This document shows, in pieces, positions 45,182-48,659 of a DNA stretch of 48,659 nt. The notes below the pieces were generated by a model. The model was given only the letters and a program-made list of their open reading frames with translations. It did not search any database and was not told the origin of the DNA. Both the position numbers and the translations under genes were made by a program. This DNA comes from Candidatus Pacearchaeota archaeon (lineage in GTDB: Archaea; Nanobdellota; Nanobdellia; Pacearchaeales; GW2011-AR1). The stretch is from contig JAGLIS010000023.1 in the NCBI GenBank assembly GCA_023142835.1, positions 1-48,659 of the forward strand, given 5' to 3'. Position 1 is the first letter of the stretch; each line of letters starts with the position of its first letter.

Positions 45182-45325
45182 AATAATTTGATTAAGATAC
45201 AGGGTTTAATAAAGTTTTCTTTTAAAAGTCAGTAAGGATAAAAATCTCCCTCTTTTTGTTTCTTTTTTTCTAAAAAAGAAGTTAATTTTTGATGTTTATT
45301 GGAATATGGCGAAACCTGCAAAAAT

Positions 45326-45437
45326 ATAAATTAGAAAAAAATTGGGTGTAACGAAATGACTAGCGCATTTATTTTTTGGGAAGTATATATTAGAGATTTA
45401 AATTTTTAACAGAAGAAAAAAAGCCGAAGACTCAGTT
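45326..45437 (+). repeat. Intergenic repeat R3
   Basis: ataaattagaaaaaa...gactagcgc...atatattagagatttaaattttt...agaagaaaaaaagccgaagactcagtt. Confidence 0.85.
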
Positions 45438-45552
45438 CAAAAAATATTTTTCGTTCTTATTCTTTATTATGGGCTTTCCTTAATTTTATAAATTTGATTT
45501 TTCCATTTTAAAAAATGAAAGAAGGATTAGTGGTAAATTCCAGTTTCTAAAT

Positions 45553-46431
45553 TTATCTTCTTGCATCTTTTCTTTTAAAGGGTGGCTTAGAATTATTATC
45601 AGATAATATTTCATATAAATGAGGTCTACGATAAGCATCTCCCCAAATTTCTTTTTTCCTATATTCTCGCAATTCACTTAAATTAAATTCAGCTATAAAA
45701 ATATTCTCAGAACTATCACCCATCACTATAAGCGGACTGTATTCCTCTCCTTTTTTTCGCATACCATCAAATGCCACTGATTTTCCATTAAACCTTGGAT
45801 AATTTGCCATAGCCACACCAACCATATTTTCAAATCCTCTTGATTGGAATTGTGCAATACGATTATTTTCGAGTATACATGCATTTGGAACAAGAATTAA
45901 CTCAGCTCCATGTAACATTAAAATTCTTGCTACTTCCGGGAATTCCCTGTCATAGCAAATCATAACACCAATTTTAACTATTCCTTCGCTAGTTTTTAAT
46001 TCTGCAACAGGGAATTTTTCTCCTGCTACAAACATTGACTCCCAACCTTTATCTACTAAATGGGTTTTACGATAATGAAGAACCGTTTTACCATTTGCAT
46101 CAATTAATGTGGCAGTATTGTAAAACTCTGTTTTTCCTTGGTTGGATTCTAAAAATGTAAAAACTATAGCTATCCCAATTTCTTTTGCTAGTTTTGAATA
46201 TCTTTCATATTCTTTATGTCCAACCCATATTGATTTTTCTTTCCATACATGGCGTTTTTCTTTATCAGTTGGATATTCTTCATACCCAATAGTCCACATC
46301 TCAGGGAATAATGCAATATCTACTCCCTTCTTTTTTGCAATTACTAACGCTTTTTCTGCTTTAGAAAAAAGTCTTTCTTTGTTATTTGCACCATCTAACT
46401 GTAATAAGGCTATTTTAATTTTATGATCCAT
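45553..46431 (-). CDS. Carbon-nitrogen hydrolase (nitrilase superfamily)
   Basis: E-K-C triad: FPEM, YRKTH, ICYDREFPE. Confidence 0.95.
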   Translation of the reverse strand: MDHKIKIALLQLDGANNKERLFSKAEKALVIAKKKGVDIALFPEMWTIGYEEYPTDKEKRHVWKEKSIWVGHKEYERYSKLAKEIGIAIVFTFLESNQGKTEFYNTATLIDANGKTVLHYRKTHLVDKGWESMFVAGEKFPVAELKTSEGIVKIGVMICYDREFPEVARILMLHGAELILVPNACILENNRIAQFQSRGFENMVGVAMANYPRFNGKSVAFDGMRKKGEEYSPLIVMGDSSENIFIAEFNLSELREYRKKEIWGDAYRRPHLYEILSDNNSKPPFKRKDARR

Positions 46432-46558
46432 ATAATAAAAAACATTTGTTTAATTTATAAATAAATCGTTTTCTAGTACCTGTTAACAGTTTTCATATTT
46501 ATCCTAATTCAAAAACTCAAAACTCAATTGCCTTGCCCCCAAATATAAAAAGCAATTA

Positions 46559-46680
46559 GCTCACGGAGGACACGGATCAAGACAAGAAGATTTCAAATAT
46601 ATATCTATAAAACTCAAATAACCCTAGCTTAAATATCCCCAAAATCCGTGTACGCCGAAGGTGTCGTGTAATCCGTGAGC
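46559..46680. repeat. 122-nt element with nested inverted repeats (REP/MITE-like)
   Basis: GCTCACGGA...TCCGTGAGC outer pair, CACGGAT...ATCCGTG inner pair, internal ACGCC-gaa-GGTGT hairpin. Confidence 0.8.
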
Positions 46681-46808
46681 CATATTTCCCCTGCCCCCAT
46701 GTATTCTAAATTCTATCTTGGTTAGCAAGTACAAAACAACAGCCTTGCACAATAAATCCAATTTCGCACAATAAGAAAACATTTTAAAGGAAGAAGATTT
46801 TAAAAGAC

Positions 46809-46847
46809 TAGCTAATCTCTACATTGAAAAGTTCAAGAGGTTATCTA
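46809..46847 (+). promoter_or_regulatory. Inverted repeat between the TATA-like box and the cdc48 start (candidate operator or 5'UTR hairpin)
   Basis: tagctaatctc...TTGAA-aag-TTCAA-gaggttatcta immediately after tttTAAAAG. Confidence 0.4.
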
Positions 46848-46861
46848 AGGCAAATAAGAAA

Positions 46862-48659
46862 ATGGCAAAGAAAAAAGAAGAATCAAACGGAACAATCAAA
46901 CTAAGAGTTGTAGAAGCATTGCAAGACGACGCCTACAAAGGGATAGTCAGAATTGACGCAGATTTAATGAAAGAACTCCAACTTGAAAGAGGAGATATTA
47001 TTTTTATAAAAGGGGGCAGAGAAACTTACTCCATAGTGGATAGAGCATATCCTGCAGATATGGGTGAGGAAATTATTCGAATGGATGGTATAGTTAGGAA
47101 GAACTCTAAAACTGGAATTGGAGAACAAGTAGAAATTAAAAAGGCAAGAATAAAAGAAGCAAAGAAAATAACAATTGCACCTGCCCAACAAGGTATTCGG
47201 GTTCAAGGAGACCCTGAAAATTTTAAAAAAGGACTTTTAGGAAAACCAGTTATAAAAGGAGATATAGTTGTTATGGGTGGAACTCAGCGTCGACAAGATT
47301 TGATGTCTGATGGATTTGGAGATTTATTTGGAGGAGATATGGGAGAGATTTTTAGTCAAATGGGATTTGGAGGTATGTCTGGGGGATTAACTCAAGTTAG
47401 GTTCGCGGTTGTTTCTACAAACCCAAATCAACCTTGCATCATAACAGAAAACACGGAAATAATTCTAAGTCCAAAAGCAGTAGACATCTCGGAAGAATCC
47501 ATTCCCCAAATAACTTATGAAGATATCGGAGGGCTAAGGGAAGAAGTTAAGAAAGTTAGAGAGATGGTTGAGCTTCCATTAAAGCGACCAGAGATTTTTT
47601 CGAGATTAGGAATTGAACCTCCTAAAGGAGTCTTACTTTACGGACCTCCTGGAACTGGTAAAACTCTTTTAGCAAAAGCTATAGCAAACGAATCTGAAGC
47701 ACATTTCATATTATTAAATGGTCCAGAAATTATGTCCAAATTTTATGGGGAATCCGAAAAGAAAATCCGTGAGATTTTTGAAGATGCGGAAAAGAACGCT
47801 CCCTCAATTATCTTCATTGATGAAATAGATTCACTTGCACCTAAGCGGGAAGAAACTGGTGGAGAGGTTGAGCGAAGAGTAGTTTCACAATTATTAACTA
47901 TGATGGATGGGCTGAAAACTCGTGGAAGGGTTGTAGTTATAGGGGCAACTAATCGTCCGAATTCCCTCGACCCGGCATTAAGACGTCCAGGACGTTTTGA
48001 TAGAGAAGTAGAAATATCTGTCCCTGATAAAACTGGAAGACTTTCTATTTTAAAAATTCATACTCGAGGAATGCCTTTGACAAATAAAGTTAATTTAGAT
48101 GAAATAGCATCGAAGACTCACGGGTTTGTTGGAGCCGATATTAATTCTTTGGCAAAGGAAGCTGCAATGATTGTTCTTCGAAGGAATCTCCCGAAATTTA
48201 ATCTTGAAGAGGACAAAGAAATCCCTCAAGAAGTTTTAGAGGAATTAAAAGTTTCACAGAAAGATTTTGATGAAGCGTTAAAAGTTGTTAGACCTTCAGC
48301 GATGCGAGAAGTTCTTGTAGAAACTCCAAATACTAAATGGGAAGACATCGGTGGAATTGATGGTGTCAAGAGAGATTTGAAGGAAGCAGTAGAATGGCCA
48401 TTAAAATTTCCAGCATCATTTACGCGAATGGGGATTAATCCTCCAAAAGGAGTTTTGCTTTATGGACCTCCGGGAACAGGTAAAACTCTTTTAGCAAAAG
48501 CCGTCGCCAATGAATCAGAAGCAAATTTTATTCAAGTAAAAGGTCCAAGTCTATTGAGTATGTGGGTAGGGAAGTCTGAGGAAGGAATTAGGAAAATATT
48601 TGAGAGAGCAAGGCAGGTTTCACCTTGTATAGTTTTCTTCGATGAAATAGATTCTCTTG
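46862..48659 (+). CDS. cdc48: CDC48/VAT AAA+ ATPase, 3'-truncated by the window edge (absent from the ORF track)
   Basis: ATG at 46862. N-domain [10 protein letters not shown]...[35 protein letters not shown] twice, FIDEID, ATNRP...[13 protein letters not shown]. Confidence 0.97.
   Translation, partial: MAKKKEESNGTIKLRVVEALQDDAYKGIVRIDADLMKELQLERGDIIFIKGGRETYSIVDRAYPADMGEEIIRMDGIVRKNSKTGIGEQVEIKKARIKEAKKITIAPAQQGIRVQGDPENFKKGLLGKPVIKGDIVVMGGTQRRQDLMSDGFGDLFGGDMGEIFSQMGFGGMSGGLTQVRFAVVSTNPNQPCIITENTEIILSPKAVDISEESIPQITYEDIGGLREEVKKVREMVELPLKRPEIFSRLGIEPPKGVLLYGPPGTGKTLLAKAIANESEAHFILLNGPEIMSKFYGESEKKIREIFEDAEKNAPSIIFIDEIDSLAPKREETGGEVERRVVSQLLTMMDGLKTRGRVVVIGATNRPNSLDPALRRPGRFDREVEISVPDKTGRLSILKIHTRGMPLTNKVNLDEIASKTHGFVGADINSLAKEAAMIVLRRNLPKFNLEEDKEIPQEVLEELKVSQKDFDEALKVVRPSAMREVLVETPNTKWEDIGGIDGVKRDLKEAVEWPLKFPASFTRMGINPPKGVLLYGPPGTGKTLLAKAVANESEANFIQVKGPSLLSMWVGKSEEGIRKIFERARQVSPCIVFFDEIDSL

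Overview
AT-rich archaeal chromosome segment. Archaeal EF-1alpha, Dph5, class I CCA enzyme, archaeal PheRS, Rpp30, a BHB tRNA intron and Cdc48 fix the domain; a DPANN (Pacearchaeales/Woesearchaeales-like) origin is my inference. The core backbone is tuf, trmB, ileS, dph5, trm5, cca, pyrH, rpp30, pheS/pheT, two tRNAs, signal peptidase and cdc48. Three things stand out. (1) Best candidate for an undescribed system: integrase-free gene-cassette arrays placed exactly at junctions of coupled core genes. Six genes sit between pheS and pheT, and several between a UPF0175-like gene and its PIN partner. They are delimited by short copies of the upstream gene's 3' end and the downstream gene's 5' end. 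These copies differ largely at synonymous or conservative positions and form chimeric mini-ORFs such as MTILILNK-SGDMRFWRK. Similar duplications occur at tRNA-Thr, tRNA-Trp and a promoter. (2) A translationally coupled operon links glucan hydrolysis and upper glycolysis to a minimal trimeric [FeFe]-hydrogenase with non-bifurcating signatures. (3) A family of structured intergenic repeats with GNA-triloop hairpins surrounds accessory genes at 19.3 kb and 42.4-46.7 kb. No CRISPR array, rRNA, integrase or transposase was seen. All calls come from manual motif reading; no searches were run.
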